NCBI GenBank assembly: GCA_043799405.1
Contig: JAZDNT010000004.1
Span: forward strand, 4,206 to 68,205
Source of the DNA: Candidatus Kerfeldbacteria bacterium
GTDB lineage: Bacteria; Patescibacteriota; Patescibacteriia; SBBC01
Reading direction: 5' to 3'
Length of the DNA: 64,000 nt
Shown here: piece by piece, positions 37,091-47,340 of the stretch
Layout: every line of letters starts with the position of its first letter
Position numbering within the stretch: the first letter of the stretch is position 1
Notes under the pieces: model-generated
What the model saw: only the letters and a program-made list of their open reading frames with translations
What the model was told of the DNA's origin: nothing
Database searches by the model: none
Translations under genes and position numbers: made by a program

Positions 37091-37975
37091 ATGCGGCAAC
37101 AGAAAAAGAAATCGCGCATAAAGAAGGTAATCATCCCCGCTGCCGGACTCGGCACGAGGTTTCTTCCTGCGACAAAAGCGATGCCGAAAGAGATGCTGCC
37201 TGTTGTTGATAAACCCATCATACAGTACGTCGTTGAGGAAGCCGTCGCGTCAGGCATCGAAGATGTAATCCTCGTCACAGGACAAAACAAGCGCGCGATC
37301 GAAGACCACTTTGACTCGAGCACCGACCTCATCGACTGGCTCGAGGAGATCGGAAAGCATGAGGTCGCGGAGCATATGAGGAAGATCACCTCAATGGCGA
37401 ACTTCATCTACATCCGGCAGAAAGGACCCTACGGGAACGGCACGCCGATTCTTTCAGCAAAACACGTCATTGGCAATGAACCATTCGCGGTGTTATGGGG
37501 CGACGAGTTTCACGATCCCCACGACACCCCACGCCTTAAGCAACTCATTGAGGTCTTTAATAAGTACGGCGATCCCGTGATCACTGGTTACAACGTCGAT
37601 GACGAAGGGACGACGCGTTACGGCATGATCGACGGCATCGAGGTCGAGGACGGCGTGTACCAGGTGAAGAAGATCGTGGAAAAACCGGGGCCCGAAAAGG
37701 CACCGTCGCGCCTCGCCTCGCTCGGCGGATTCGTCTTCACGCCCGACATCTTCGAAGAGCTCGAACGGGTGAAGCCCGGCAGAGGCAATGAGATCTGGCT
37801 CGTCGATGCGATCGTGGCGCTGTCAGAACACCGTCCGATATATGCGAAGCGTATCAATGCCGAATACTACGATACCGGCTCAAAGCTCGGCTGGCTCCGG
37901 GCGAACCTTGAAATGGGACTCACGCACCCCGAGTTCAGTAAACCGCTGAAAAAGATCATCGAAGATCTCTTCTAA
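37091..37975 (+). CDS. galU: UTP--glucose-1-phosphate uridylyltransferase
   Basis: KKVIIPAAGLGTRFLPATKAMPKEMLPVVDKPIIQYVVEEAVASGIEDVILVTG and the following region are canonical GalU. Confidence 0.85.
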   Translation: MRQQKKKSRIKKVIIPAAGLGTRFLPATKAMPKEMLPVVDKPIIQYVVEEAVASGIEDVILVTGQNKRAIEDHFDSSTDLIDWLEEIGKHEVAEHMRKITSMANFIYIRQKGPYGNGTPILSAKHVIGNEPFAVLWGDEFHDPHDTPRLKQLIEVFNKYGDPVITGYNVDDEGTTRYGMIDGIEVEDGVYQVKKIVEKPGPEKAPSRLASLGGFVFTPDIFEELERVKPGRGNEIWLVDAIVALSEHRPIYAKRINAEYYDTGSKLGWLRANLEMGLTHPEFSKPLKKIIEDLF

Positions 37976-37982
37976 AAAAACA

Positions 37983-39383
37983 ATGAAACGCTACATCATC
38001 CTCATCTCGATCCTGAGCGTACCGATCATACTCCTCGCGCTGTTCGTCACCGGAGTGATCAAGCCGAAAGTAACGGCGCCGAAACGAGTAACGCTGACTA
38101 TGTGGGTTACGAAAGCGGATCCTTCGGCGTATACTGCGATCCTTAAGGACTTTAACGCCATTCGTCCGTACATTTCCATCACCATTGAGCGCGTTTCAAG
38201 CGAGGATTACGCAACGCGCCTCAAAGACGCGTGGGCGCGCGGAAAGGGTCCCGACGTCTTCGAGCTCCCTGCTTCATGGATCGGTGAATTCGCTAACGAT
38301 TTCCTTGTTCCGGTTCCGAAAACGACCAACGTATATACGTACACCACACGAAAGGTGCTCCTCCGGACCGAGATGGAGATCAAGAAGACGCCGATAACAT
38401 CCCTGACAGTACCGCAGCTCCAGAGCGCATTCGCAGATGTCGTAACCGATGACGTCGTTAAGGATAAAAAAATATACGGGCTCCCGCTCTCGCTCGATAC
38501 GCTCGTCCTGTACTACAACAAAGATCTCCTCCGCAGCGCGAATATCGCCGAACCGCCGAAAACGTGGACGCAGCTCGTCTCGCTGGCTCCCCGTCTTTCG
38601 ATCGCGGACGAAAGCGGAAAGATCCTGCAATCCGCGATCGCGCTAGGTCGCGGCAGCAACATCGATCACTCGGCTGATATCATCTCGCTCCTCTTCCTGC
38701 AGGACGGTGTCACCATGAATGGGCTCGAGGGAAAAGTGCTCCTCGACGAATCGTTGTCCGAGAAGACGAACCTCGGCGTCAACGCTGTCACCTTCTATTC
38801 GAGTTTCGCGAATCCTTCAAAAGCCGTCTACTCTTGGAACGCCGAGCAGTCGAGGTCTATCCAGGCATTCATGCGCGGAAAGACCGTTATGTTCTTCGGG
38901 TACAACTCCGATCGTAACACCATCGAGGAACAGAGTTCGATCAACCTCGGCATCTCTCCTATGCTGCACCTTCAGTCCGACGGCAAGGATGCCATGCTGT
39001 CTTCCGGCGGAAATGCACTGCAGGTCAACTACGGGAATTACCAGGTCCTCTCCGTGTTCCAACGGACGAAGTACCCGCAGGAAGCATGGAACTTCATCCA
39101 GTTCATGACAAAACAGGAAGCGGAAGCGCTGAAGTACCTTAAGGCAACGCGAGGCGTCGGCGCTCTTCGCAGCATCCTCACCAAACAGGCGGAAGATCCT
39201 GAGATCGGCGTACAGGCGCAGCAGGCGATCAGCGCCAGGAGCTGGTACCGGGGCAACGACGCCGGAAAAACGGAAGCCGCCCTGTCGGACATGCTCGACA
39301 GCGTTGCGGACGGTAAAACGTCTATACTGAACGCCCTTACCCTTGCGCGGAAGCAGATCGAGCTCACAACGCGTAAAAAATAG
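37983..39383 (+). CDS. Membrane-anchored extracellular solute-binding protein (sugar ABC family 1-like)
   Basis: 466 aa with an N-terminal TM. LTMWVTKADPS..GKGPDVFELPASWIGEFA follows the SBP_bac_1 pattern. No adjacent permease genes. Confidence 0.6.
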   Translation: MKRYIILISILSVPIILLALFVTGVIKPKVTAPKRVTLTMWVTKADPSAYTAILKDFNAIRPYISITIERVSSEDYATRLKDAWARGKGPDVFELPASWIGEFANDFLVPVPKTTNVYTYTTRKVLLRTEMEIKKTPITSLTVPQLQSAFADVVTDDVVKDKKIYGLPLSLDTLVLYYNKDLLRSANIAEPPKTWTQLVSLAPRLSIADESGKILQSAIALGRGSNIDHSADIISLLFLQDGVTMNGLEGKVLLDESLSEKTNLGVNAVTFYSSFANPSKAVYSWNAEQSRSIQAFMRGKTVMFFGYNSDRNTIEEQSSINLGISPMLHLQSDGKDAMLSSGGNALQVNYGNYQVLSVFQRTKYPQEAWNFIQFMTKQEAEALKYLKATRGVGALRSILTKQAEDPEIGVQAQQAISARSWYRGNDAGKTEAALSDMLDSVADGKTSILNALTLARKQIELTTRKK

Positions 39384-39384
39384 T

Positions 39385-40614
39385 ATGAAACGAACCATCG
39401 TTATCGGTTTTGCTCTTGCGCTCTTCCTCTCTGTCGCAGCCGCAAAACCAGCGTTCGCGCTGCCGGCAATACTTCCAGACTGCGACCAGACAGAATACTA
39501 CCTAGGGCAAAACTGCGAACCCGGAACAGGAGCAAACTGCACCAAACTAACGGCAGAACAGTACTTTAATCCGAATGGAAAGTACGGAACCCCCGAGTTA
39601 CGCGCGGCAAATCCTCCCGTCGTAATAAAGACGAACAAAGCCTGTGGATTCAACGATTTCGTTAAGCTGTTCACGAACCTCGCATCGTACGGCCTCGGCG
39701 CGCTCGCTGTCGTCGGCCTTACGGTCATTGTCTGGGGCGGGTTCGGCTTCATCCTCGCCATGGGCAACCAGGAAAAGATACAGGAAAGCAAGAAGACCAT
39801 CTGGGGCGGCGTGCTCGGCACGTTCATTGTTCTTATTTCCTTCATTATGGTGAACTTCTTCGTCGGGATGCTCACGGGAACGGGATCAACGCTCTTCTCC
39901 GGAACGGAATATGAACGGCAGTTTTATGGTGAGAAGTGTCCGAACTACAAGAAGAGCTGTTCAAAAACCGGGATAACATACAATGCAACGGACGACAAGA
40001 TGTTTGGTCTTTCTCCGAAAATAGGCTGTAGCGATGATCCGAAAAAGAAAGCTCACCCTGTTGCAGACCTCCAGACAAAACTTAAACAGGTCAACTGCTA
40101 CAGCGACGTGATCGACGGCTGCTTCGGCCCGAACTCACTCGATGCGCTCATGGGATTCCAGAGCAAGAACGATATCTGGCCAAGACAAAATGTGGACGGC
40201 AGCTACGACACGAGTGGCTACGGGATCGCCGATCAGGATACGTGGGACAAGCTCGACCAGGTAATTGCGACTGGCGGTAGCGTTCCGGCGGCAGGACGAG
40301 GATGTGCTGCAGCATTCACTACAACTGTGTCTATCGGTACCGTAACGCAAATGGGCGGACAGCTCTTTCCGTCCGTTGTTGCGCTACTTCCAGGAGGGAC
40401 AGTAACGTGGCACAACTACTCGCTTGGTCAGATAACCGTCCAGATCGATACCCCGCTCAAGGTCGGCGGGACAAAAGAGGCTCCGCACACTTTTAATGAC
40501 GGAGAAGAGTACAGCGTAACGTTCAAAGAGGCTGGTATTTATGACTACCACATTATCAATCCTCAACCCGGACAACCTTCGCCAAAAGGATCGATCGGCG
40601 TAACCCTCGAGTAA
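39385..40614 (+). CDS. Multi-domain envelope protein: TrbC/VirB2-like pilin module plus peptidoglycan-binding-like and cupredoxin-like domains
   Basis: I start at ATG 39385 (MKRTIVIGFALALFLSVAAAKPAFA), not 39343. The pilin-like VWGGFGFILAMGNQEKIQESKKTIWGGVLG is homologous to the three downstream genes. LQTKLKQVNCYSDVIDGCFGPNSLDALMGFQ is PG_binding_1-like. The C-terminal GGTVTWHN..YSVTFKEAGIYDYH is cupredoxin-like but lacks the Cys ligand. Confidence 0.6.
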   Translation: MKRTIVIGFALALFLSVAAAKPAFALPAILPDCDQTEYYLGQNCEPGTGANCTKLTAEQYFNPNGKYGTPELRAANPPVVIKTNKACGFNDFVKLFTNLASYGLGALAVVGLTVIVWGGFGFILAMGNQEKIQESKKTIWGGVLGTFIVLISFIMVNFFVGMLTGTGSTLFSGTEYERQFYGEKCPNYKKSCSKTGITYNATDDKMFGLSPKIGCSDDPKKKAHPVADLQTKLKQVNCYSDVIDGCFGPNSLDALMGFQSKNDIWPRQNVDGSYDTSGYGIADQDTWDKLDQVIATGGSVPAAGRGCAAAFTTTVSIGTVTQMGGQLFPSVVALLPGGTVTWHNYSLGQITVQIDTPLKVGGTKEAPHTFNDGEEYSVTFKEAGIYDYHIINPQPGQPSPKGSIGVTLE

Positions 40615-40670
40615 GGTAGCAATGACGCCGCTCGATGTGGTATTATTCCGATAGGTATTAATCGACCACC

Positions 40671-41039
40671 ATGAAAGGTATACGAATTCTCTTCGCCCTC
40701 GCCCTTGCAGCGCTTCCGCTCGTAACGACGCTGTTTCCCTTCATAGTAACCGCTGATTCTACGCCGTACATCCAGAACCCTATCTCGGGTTGTGATGACG
40801 CGTTGTGCCTCTTCGAGCGGTTCATCCGCTTCTTCCTCGGCGGCGTCGCAGTCGTATCAACAATGATGTTCATCTGGGGCGGATACCTCTTCCTCACGTC
40901 CGGCGGCAATGCCGAACAAATAAAAAAAGGTAAGGACACGCTTCTGTGGTCCTCGCTCGGCATTGTCGTGATCCTAGCAAGCTGGGTGATCCTAAGGTAC
41001 TTTATCGTCAACATCGTTGGATCGGCTAAGAGCGGATGA
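40671..41039 (+). CDS. TrbC/VirB2-like (T4SS-type) pilin family protein
   Basis: 122 aa with a signal peptide and two TM helices flanking IWGGYLFLTSGGNAEQIKKGKDTL. Confidence 0.65.
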   Translation: MKGIRILFALALAALPLVTTLFPFIVTADSTPYIQNPISGCDDALCLFERFIRFFLGGVAVVSTMMFIWGGYLFLTSGGNAEQIKKGKDTLLWSSLGIVVILASWVILRYFIVNIVGSAKSG

Positions 41040-41244
41040 GCAAGTAACCAAAGGGTGCATTTTATCCACAAGAAAATCAGAAAATGCTCTTTTTGAGCAT
41101 TTTTTAATATTGACATTTTCTCATAAACAGTGTACATTAGCGCCAGACGAAGCATTTGCTCTGATAAACGTTAACGGTGTCGCTATCAATATTCAGCAGC
41201 TTACAGCGGACACGCTTCGGTCCGAAAAGAAAGGTGGTGATTGC

Positions 41245-41607
41245 ATGAAGAAACTTTCAACGCTCGCAACAGGTCTCGCGCTTGCAGTTGCCGCAGTTTT
41301 TCCATTAGCGGCTCTTGCGACGCCCTACTCCATTGAAGACATCGGAGGTCAGGTGGGCTTGGGTACTGCGGACCTGAAGTCGACCGTCATCAACATTATT
41401 TCTTGGGTATTAGGCATCCTCGCGCTCGTCGCTGTCGTATTCATCATCTACGGCGGCTTTACGTGGCTCACTGCAGCTGGTAATGAAGAAAAGATCGAGA
41501 AGGCGAAAAAGATCATCGGCTCGGCCGTTGTCGGCCTCATCGTCGTACTGCTCGCATGGGCGATCACCATCTTCGTTGCTGGAACGACGAAGAACGTCAC
41601 GGCGTAA
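41245..41607 (+). CDS. TrbC/VirB2-like pilin family protein (tandem duplicate 1)
   Basis: ATG 41245 is preceded by aaaggtggtga. IYGGFTWLTAAGNEEKIEKAKKIIGSAVVGL. Confidence 0.7.
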   Translation: MKKLSTLATGLALAVAAVFPLAALATPYSIEDIGGQVGLGTADLKSTVINIISWVLGILALVAVVFIIYGGFTWLTAAGNEEKIEKAKKIIGSAVVGLIVVLLAWAITIFVAGTTKNVTA

Positions 41608-41647
41608 TCACGTTATCTATCTGAATTTTTGAAAGGGGGTGAATATA

Positions 41648-42013
41648 ATGAACAAACTCGCTAAATTTGCAACCGGTGCAGCGCTCGTCGCAGCAACAGC
41701 CTTCCCAGTGATCGCTCTCGCATCACCGTACACGATTTCTGACGACGTAGGCGGCTCTGTCGGCCTCGGAACTGCGGACCTGAAGACGACCGTCATCAAC
41801 ATTATTTCTTGGGTATTAGGCATCCTCGCGCTCGTCGCTGTCGTCATGATCATCATCGGCGGCTTCCAGTGGCTCACCGCAGCTGGTAATGAAGAAAAAA
41901 TCGAGAAGGCGAAGAAGGTCATTTCTGCAGCTGTCATCGGCCTTATCATCGTTCTCCTCGCATGGGCAATCGTCATCTTCGTCGCAGGAACGACGAAGAA
42001 CGTCACGACCTAG
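41648..42013 (+). CDS. TrbC/VirB2-like pilin family protein (tandem duplicate 2)
   Basis: ATG 41648 is preceded by gaaaggggg. IIGGFQWLTAAGNEEKIEKAKKVISAAVIGL. It shares a 56-nt identical block with the previous gene. Confidence 0.7.
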   Translation: MNKLAKFATGAALVAATAFPVIALASPYTISDDVGGSVGLGTADLKTTVINIISWVLGILALVAVVMIIIGGFQWLTAAGNEEKIEKAKKVISAAVIGLIIVLLAWAIVIFVAGTTKNVTT

Positions 42014-42032
42014 TTTTTTCCTGTCATTCCGC

Positions 42033-42070
42033 AAACCGTCCCCCGCCGATAGCGGGGGCGGTTTGTTGTT
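42033..42070 (+). terminator. Rho-independent terminator
   Basis: aaaccgtcccc..ggggcggttt forms an 11-bp stem (one G-U), followed by gttgtt. Confidence 0.6.
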
Positions 42071-42097
42071 AGGCGTTCCCTCAGCTACAATACACGC

Positions 42098-44140
42098 ATG
42101 CCTGAGCCACCCATACATCCGCTTCTACTGCGTGCGCGCAAAGCAGGGGAACGAGTTCGCTCGTATCTCATACATAGAGAAAAGGCGCTCCTCATAACCG
42201 GTGCGATGCTGTTCGTCGTTGTATTTTCTTTGATCGGCGCGTGGAAGCTCTGGGCGTTCGGATATAACTCGCTCGACCTCGCGATCTATTCGCAGGTCGC
42301 CTCGACGACGCTCCATGGCCAACCCTTCTCGTTCACGATCCATCCCCACTCGTACCTCGGTGACCACTTCGAGATCCTCTTCATCGTGCTGGTCCCCTTC
42401 TACGCGTTAGTAAAAAGCCCGTTCACGCTCGTCGTTGTTCAAGCAATTGCACTCGCGATCTCTGTGTTCCCGATCGCGAAAATTGCCGAGCGATTTGTCG
42501 GAAAACCCATGCATCTCCTGTTCGCGCTCTCGTTCCTTGCAAACCCTATAGTACAGAATATGTCGCTCTTTGAATTTCATATGCTCGCGTTCGCTATCCC
42601 GATCCTCAGTTTCGCGATTTTAGCTTACCTTAAAGGAAAATTCAGCTGGTACGTCCCCCTCATACTGCTCGCCCTCACGGTCAGGGAGGACGTCTCGCTG
42701 GTCGTTATTGGACTCGGCATCCTTGCACTCGTTGACCGAAGGAGTTGGAAGTGGAGCCTCCTACCAATTATTTCAGGAATTGGGTGGTTCTTCGGGTCCA
42801 TGAGGGTCATTTCCATCCTTAACGGGTACGGACAGTACAAGTTCCTTGCGTACTACGGCTGGCTCGGCGGAAGCATGGCTGAGATCGCGAAGAATTTTTT
42901 CCTGCACCTTGATCGTGTACTGTTACACCTTGTCGCGCCATCGAGCCTTTCCTTCGTCGCTGCGCTACTCCTTCCCTGCGCGTTCCTTCCGCTCATGAGG
43001 TTCCGGTGGCTCATTCCTGTCGTACCGACGTTGTTCCAGCTGCTCCTGATGCAAACGCCGAGCGAGCTCATCGTCGAGATCCACTATCCGTCCGTCTTTA
43101 TCCCCTTTCTGATCCTTGCGTCAGCCGCTGCGTTCCAGGGGATCCTTAAACCGAGCGGCAAGGGCCTCCTCTCAAAATTCGGCAGCGAGCGCCCGGCCGC
43201 GGTCGTCGTATATTTAGTTGTCATCATCTATACGATGCTTGCGATCGGACCGCTCGCGCAATCAGTCCCGGTGATCGCAGCTTCACCGAAGATCGCTAAT
43301 CGCGTTTCCCTTGAACGGGATTTCGTCGCCTCAGTCCCGAACGTGTCTACGGTCGGCGGTTACGAAACACTCACAGACCTTTCAGCTCGGTTGAAGTTAT
43401 ACTCACTGCACTACGAGTTCCTCGGTAAGAAGCAGTACTCAAAAGAATCGTACACCATTCCGTCAGATATCAGCGCGGTGCTTCTCGATATGCGTGATTT
43501 TCTTATGTACCAACTCCTCTATAAGCTGAACGACAAAGACAATCGCAACGGATACTCGCGTATCAGAACGCTACTAAAGGAGCGAGGGTTTATCCTAACC
43601 GCATACGTCGACCGATTTGCATTGTTCGAAAAAGGAAAATCAACTATCAGTGCTCCGCTCTATTCGACAGAACCTCCGATGTCACTTAATGGTACGCCCT
43701 CGCAGCACGATAACCTGTCGTTCATCGGTTGGTCAACGCCTACGAACGTTCTCGCAGCAACAACTCAATTGATGAACAGGCATTCCTATGCCGTACTTCC
43801 CGTAAGCCTTTCTTTTACTAAAACGGACGAAAGCAACGACATCGAGAATATCCGGGTGCAGTACCTTGAAAGAGGGCGCGTTAAACACTCTGTCGTTCTG
43901 CCGCTCGGAGGCGGACTGTTCCCTCCCTCGGATTGGACAATAGGCAAAACCGTTACGAGCAATTACCGCCTTCTCATACCCGATTTCCTCAACAAAAACG
44001 GGCTTGAGGTCTCGATCCTTGTCTACCGCTCAAAAGGCGAGGTATCGCTCAATGGAGTCAGGTCGCTGGTAATTAAGTACCAAAATCCGACAACGCTTGG
44101 AGAGCCGATCGGTCTCGGAACGGTCTCGTTTTTAAAGTGA
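42098..44140 (+). CDS. DUF2079-family polytopic membrane protein (putative GT-C glycosyltransferase)
   Basis: 680 aa. FGYNSLDLAIYSQVASTTLHGQPFSFTIHPHSYLGDHFEILFIVLVPFY matches the DUF2079 N-terminal signature (by eye). Confidence 0.6.
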   Translation: MPEPPIHPLLLRARKAGERVRSYLIHREKALLITGAMLFVVVFSLIGAWKLWAFGYNSLDLAIYSQVASTTLHGQPFSFTIHPHSYLGDHFEILFIVLVPFYALVKSPFTLVVVQAIALAISVFPIAKIAERFVGKPMHLLFALSFLANPIVQNMSLFEFHMLAFAIPILSFAILAYLKGKFSWYVPLILLALTVREDVSLVVIGLGILALVDRRSWKWSLLPIISGIGWFFGSMRVISILNGYGQYKFLAYYGWLGGSMAEIAKNFFLHLDRVLLHLVAPSSLSFVAALLLPCAFLPLMRFRWLIPVVPTLFQLLLMQTPSELIVEIHYPSVFIPFLILASAAAFQGILKPSGKGLLSKFGSERPAAVVVYLVVIIYTMLAIGPLAQSVPVIAASPKIANRVSLERDFVASVPNVSTVGGYETLTDLSARLKLYSLHYEFLGKKQYSKESYTIPSDISAVLLDMRDFLMYQLLYKLNDKDNRNGYSRIRTLLKERGFILTAYVDRFALFEKGKSTISAPLYSTEPPMSLNGTPSQHDNLSFIGWSTPTNVLAATTQLMNRHSYAVLPVSLSFTKTDESNDIENIRVQYLERGRVKHSVVLPLGGGLFPPSDWTIGKTVTSNYRLLIPDFLNKNGLEVSILVYRSKGEVSLNGVRSLVIKYQNPTTLGEPIGLGTVSFLK

Positions 44141-45748
44141 AACGCTGTACAGCGTCACTAGGCTATAGCTATAGACTGATATGAGGTACGGCGCTTTTTC
44201 GGTATTGGAGTAACCGAGCGCCCGTTCTCGCGGTCCGAGAAGAACGTGCGTCACGTTGTTACGCGCGAGGTACGCCTGTCGCCATGAATCGTCCGTTGCT
44301 GGTGTAAAGAACTTCCGAACCTCTGGGAGCTTCTGTTGTATATCAACGGTCTCAACGTTGTGGCCCACGACTACACGCCGACCGCTACGCCCCGGAACGA
44401 AGTTACCGATGATCGTGCCGCTTAAAACGACGGTCGAGTCATTACCGTTGCGCTCGAGCCACGTGAACGCGCCGCGGTAATCGTTCCCCATATAAAAGAA
44501 TGATGGCGTCGTTCTTCCCTCGCGGAGGAAGAACGAAAGGTCCTGCGCCTGTACCCAAACGTTCGATATCCCAAGGGCCAAAAACGCGATAACGGCGAAC
44601 AGGGGCGTTCTGATGCTCTCCCGAAGCGACAGCGTCCGAATTTTGCTGATGACGAACGGAACCGCAGCCGCAGCGCACATCGCGAGCGCAATGTTCAGTC
44701 CGTGCGTTACCCTGCGGTTAAAGAACACGGGTGCATAGATCGCGGCCATGTGTGCCATCGCCCAAACAACGAGCATGCGATGTCTGATCGTTTTTGTACG
44801 AAAGAGTATGGTCGCTCCCACTACTGCACCGACAAAAAGCAAGCCGTAGCTTGCTAGCGTCAGAAGTGGTTGCGTTGTGACAAGAATGTTCTGTAGGGAG
44901 CGGCCCTTTGCGAACGGATCGTACACTATCAAGAGTACGTGGTACATGATCGCGGGTGACGCAATGAACCACATTACGCTGTACCGACCGAGGTCCCGAA
45001 CGAAATCGTGACGCCGTATGATGAACAGCGTGATGAGCGTTCCTACAGTGATGTACGCGAACGAGACCACGTGGAACGGATGGAAGGAGTACAGCGCGAG
45101 CATGCACAGCCCGGCGAACACCGCATCCTTCATGGACGAGCGTTCGGCTGAACGTATCATGAGCCACGCCGTCGCAATGATCAGTATTGTGACCATTATG
45201 AAGTGTGGCGAGTGGCGAAGCGAAAGGAACGTGAACGCCTCGCTCACCCAGAGGTCCATGGGCATTGCTGCGTCGGGGCTACTGTTCACCGCTCTGAGAA
45301 CCGGCTCTACCCATGCCCCGATTCCGCTTGCAAACACTGCAAGCAGGAATGCGGCGCGTCTGCGGAGCACGTCATCAAAAAAGTACGCCGCAAATCGGTA
45401 TATTAAGAAAAGCAGTGCGCCACCGAGGATGATCCTGCTCATGATGTATGTTGCCAGCGGCGCGAGCCTGAGGACCGACCCGAGAAGGCCGAGCGTGAGC
45501 CAGAACGGATTGATGAGCGTTGCTGGCTGCGGTTCGGCAGTAAAGAGGTCCCGAAGTATGAAGTGTCCCTGACGCACCTGCTCGAGGTATGAGAGGTAAA
45601 CGTTCAGATCGCCCGGCGCGACCGAGCTGATCCCGGTGTAGACGGTGCCGTGCGGCGCGGCAACCGCCGCAATGGCAAATGGTAGGTTCGCGAGCACAAT
45701 TGCGAGCAGCGTGATTTTCCACACCCATCGAACTTCAAGGGAATTCAT
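44132..45748 (-). CDS. Polytopic membrane protein, GT-C-like (function uncertain)
   Basis: 538 aa with more than 10 hydrophobic helices and a soluble C-terminal part. Confidence 0.5.
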   Translation of the reverse strand: MNSLEVRWVWKITLLAIVLANLPFAIAAVAAPHGTVYTGISSVAPGDLNVYLSYLEQVRQGHFILRDLFTAEPQPATLINPFWLTLGLLGSVLRLAPLATYIMSRIILGGALLFLIYRFAAYFFDDVLRRRAAFLLAVFASGIGAWVEPVLRAVNSSPDAAMPMDLWVSEAFTFLSLRHSPHFIMVTILIIATAWLMIRSAERSSMKDAVFAGLCMLALYSFHPFHVVSFAYITVGTLITLFIIRRHDFVRDLGRYSVMWFIASPAIMYHVLLIVYDPFAKGRSLQNILVTTQPLLTLASYGLLFVGAVVGATILFRTKTIRHRMLVVWAMAHMAAIYAPVFFNRRVTHGLNIALAMCAAAAVPFVISKIRTLSLRESIRTPLFAVIAFLALGISNVWVQAQDLSFFLREGRTTPSFFYMGNDYRGAFTWLERNGNDSTVVLSGTIIGNFVPGRSGRRVVVGHNVETVDIQQKLPEVRKFFTPATDDSWRQAYLARNNVTHVLLGPRERALGYSNTEKAPYLISVYSYSLVTLYSVSL

Positions 45749-45753
45749 ACATT

Positions 45754-47340
45754 CTACTCGTTCATGGCCCGCTCATAAAGCGCTACCATTCCATCCGGTG
45801 TATGTGGAAGCGTGGGTTCTTCGGTAATAGCCCAACCGTGCTCGTTAAACCACTGCACGATCAACTCACCACGGAAAAAGTGTTCGTCATTGGCATACAC
45901 AAACCAGATTCTCGTGCGGTTCGCTGTCACCGCGGTCATCCACGGCCCGAGATTTTCCGGCGTAATGACCTGTGCAGGATTGTATCGTGCAAGCGTCATC
46001 TCGTAACTATACTGTTTCGGTATTTCAATGGGAAGCACGCCACGGATAGTAAGCGCAGTGCGGGCATGTCGCCGTAACGTCAGTTCGTCAGGCCATTGGT
46101 GCACGAGAATGAGATCACTCGACTGGACGTTCTGATCTAGGTATGGCGCGACAGACTGCCAGGGCAGTGGTTCACCACGAACGAGCGCAGGAAGCTGCGT
46201 GCCTGTATATACAAAAACGACGCTGGCAGTAAGCGCCGCAAACACCGCTGACTTTTTCCACCAGATCCCGATACCGTTTGCTAAGAGTAGAATGAAGGCG
46301 ATGCAGCCAGGAAGGAAATATTTCGGCATCGGACGGATAAAACATGCCGCGGAAAGAGACGTGACCAGAACAACCATCAGGTACACCGTACGTTGATGTT
46401 GGCGGTCTGATAAGGCACCGCGCGCGGTATTGATCATGCGCCACAACACCATACCCAATGCGGCTGCCGAAATTACTACAAACAGAACTCTTGAATATAG
46501 GAACACCGGGATCAGGCCGGGAAAAAAGAGATTGGTCCCATGGTGAAAGGCCACGAAATCACGGACAACTTCAAACATTCCGTGAAGTGGGCTGTTGATG
46601 TCAAAATTCCACACAGGATACCCCAAAGAATGTGCGAAACGGTACGACGCCACATAGAGAAACCATGGAAAAAAGACAAAGAGAGGCGCAGCCGCTACTA
46701 CCGCCAAATCCCTGACAATCCTTTTTAGCGGTCTGCGATACATCATAATGATAACGCATTGGGCTACAATGACCGTGAGCGCCGTGATGTGCGTCATGAG
46801 GGCGAGCGATGCCACAGTGGCATACGCCACAAACCCTGCGACGGTCTGTCTCGTAAACCAATTCCAAAACGTACTGATCAGTAGTACAAGCAATAACGAC
46901 AGAAGCGAATACATCCGCGCCTCTCGCGACATGATCAGTAGTGCTGCCGAAGATCCTGCGATTGCGAAAGCAACGACCGATGTTCTGTGGCCCCACCAGC
47001 TCTTCGCCACGTAGTACATTGCAAGCACTGCTGCGCCTCCGCACAATACCGAGAACATCCTCAGCGACGCATCGCCGGATCCAAAAAGTTGAGTCCAAAC
47101 TTTTACTATACCGTAGTACAGCGGCGGATGAGAACCTTCAGCCCGAACTACGGCCAGTAACTTCGCCCATGACAATTTTGAGATAAGCGCCACATACGCC
47201 TCGTCAAAGGAAAACCCAAAGTTAAGGGAAATAAACCTCATGATAATCCCAAATACTCCGATTGCCACGAATGCTGTTACTAATACCTCCCGAATTCCAC
47301 GCTGCATTGTTGTGCCCGTCTCTGACAACTTAATATTCAT
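45754..47340 (-). CDS. ArnT/PMT-like (GT39/GT83-type) membrane glycosyltransferase
   Basis: I start at ATG 47340 (MNIKLSE.., ATGA overlap with the upstream stop). FSFDEAYVALISKL..GSHPPLYYGIVKVW is typical of the PMT_2 family. Confidence 0.6.
   Translation of the reverse strand: MNIKLSETGTTMQRGIREVLVTAFVAIGVFGIIMRFISLNFGFSFDEAYVALISKLSWAKLLAVVRAEGSHPPLYYGIVKVWTQLFGSGDASLRMFSVLCGGAAVLAMYYVAKSWWGHRTSVVAFAIAGSSAALLIMSREARMYSLLSLLLVLLISTFWNWFTRQTVAGFVAYATVASLALMTHITALTVIVAQCVIIMMYRRPLKRIVRDLAVVAAAPLFVFFPWFLYVASYRFAHSLGYPVWNFDINSPLHGMFEVVRDFVAFHHGTNLFFPGLIPVFLYSRVLFVVISAAALGMVLWRMINTARGALSDRQHQRTVYLMVVLVTSLSAACFIRPMPKYFLPGCIAFILLLANGIGIWWKKSAVFAALTASVVFVYTGTQLPALVRGEPLPWQSVAPYLDQNVQSSDLILVHQWPDELTLRRHARTALTIRGVLPIEIPKQYSYEMTLARYNPAQVITPENLGPWMTAVTANRTRIWFVYANDEHFFRGELIVQWFNEHGWAITEEPTLPHTPDGMVALYERAMNE

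Noticed and set aside
39343-39384. The ORF-track start at 39343 for the pilin-fusion protein
   Set aside because: It overlaps the end of the solute-binding gene. ATG 39385 yields a canonical signal peptide (MKRTIVIGFALALFLSVAAAKPAFA).
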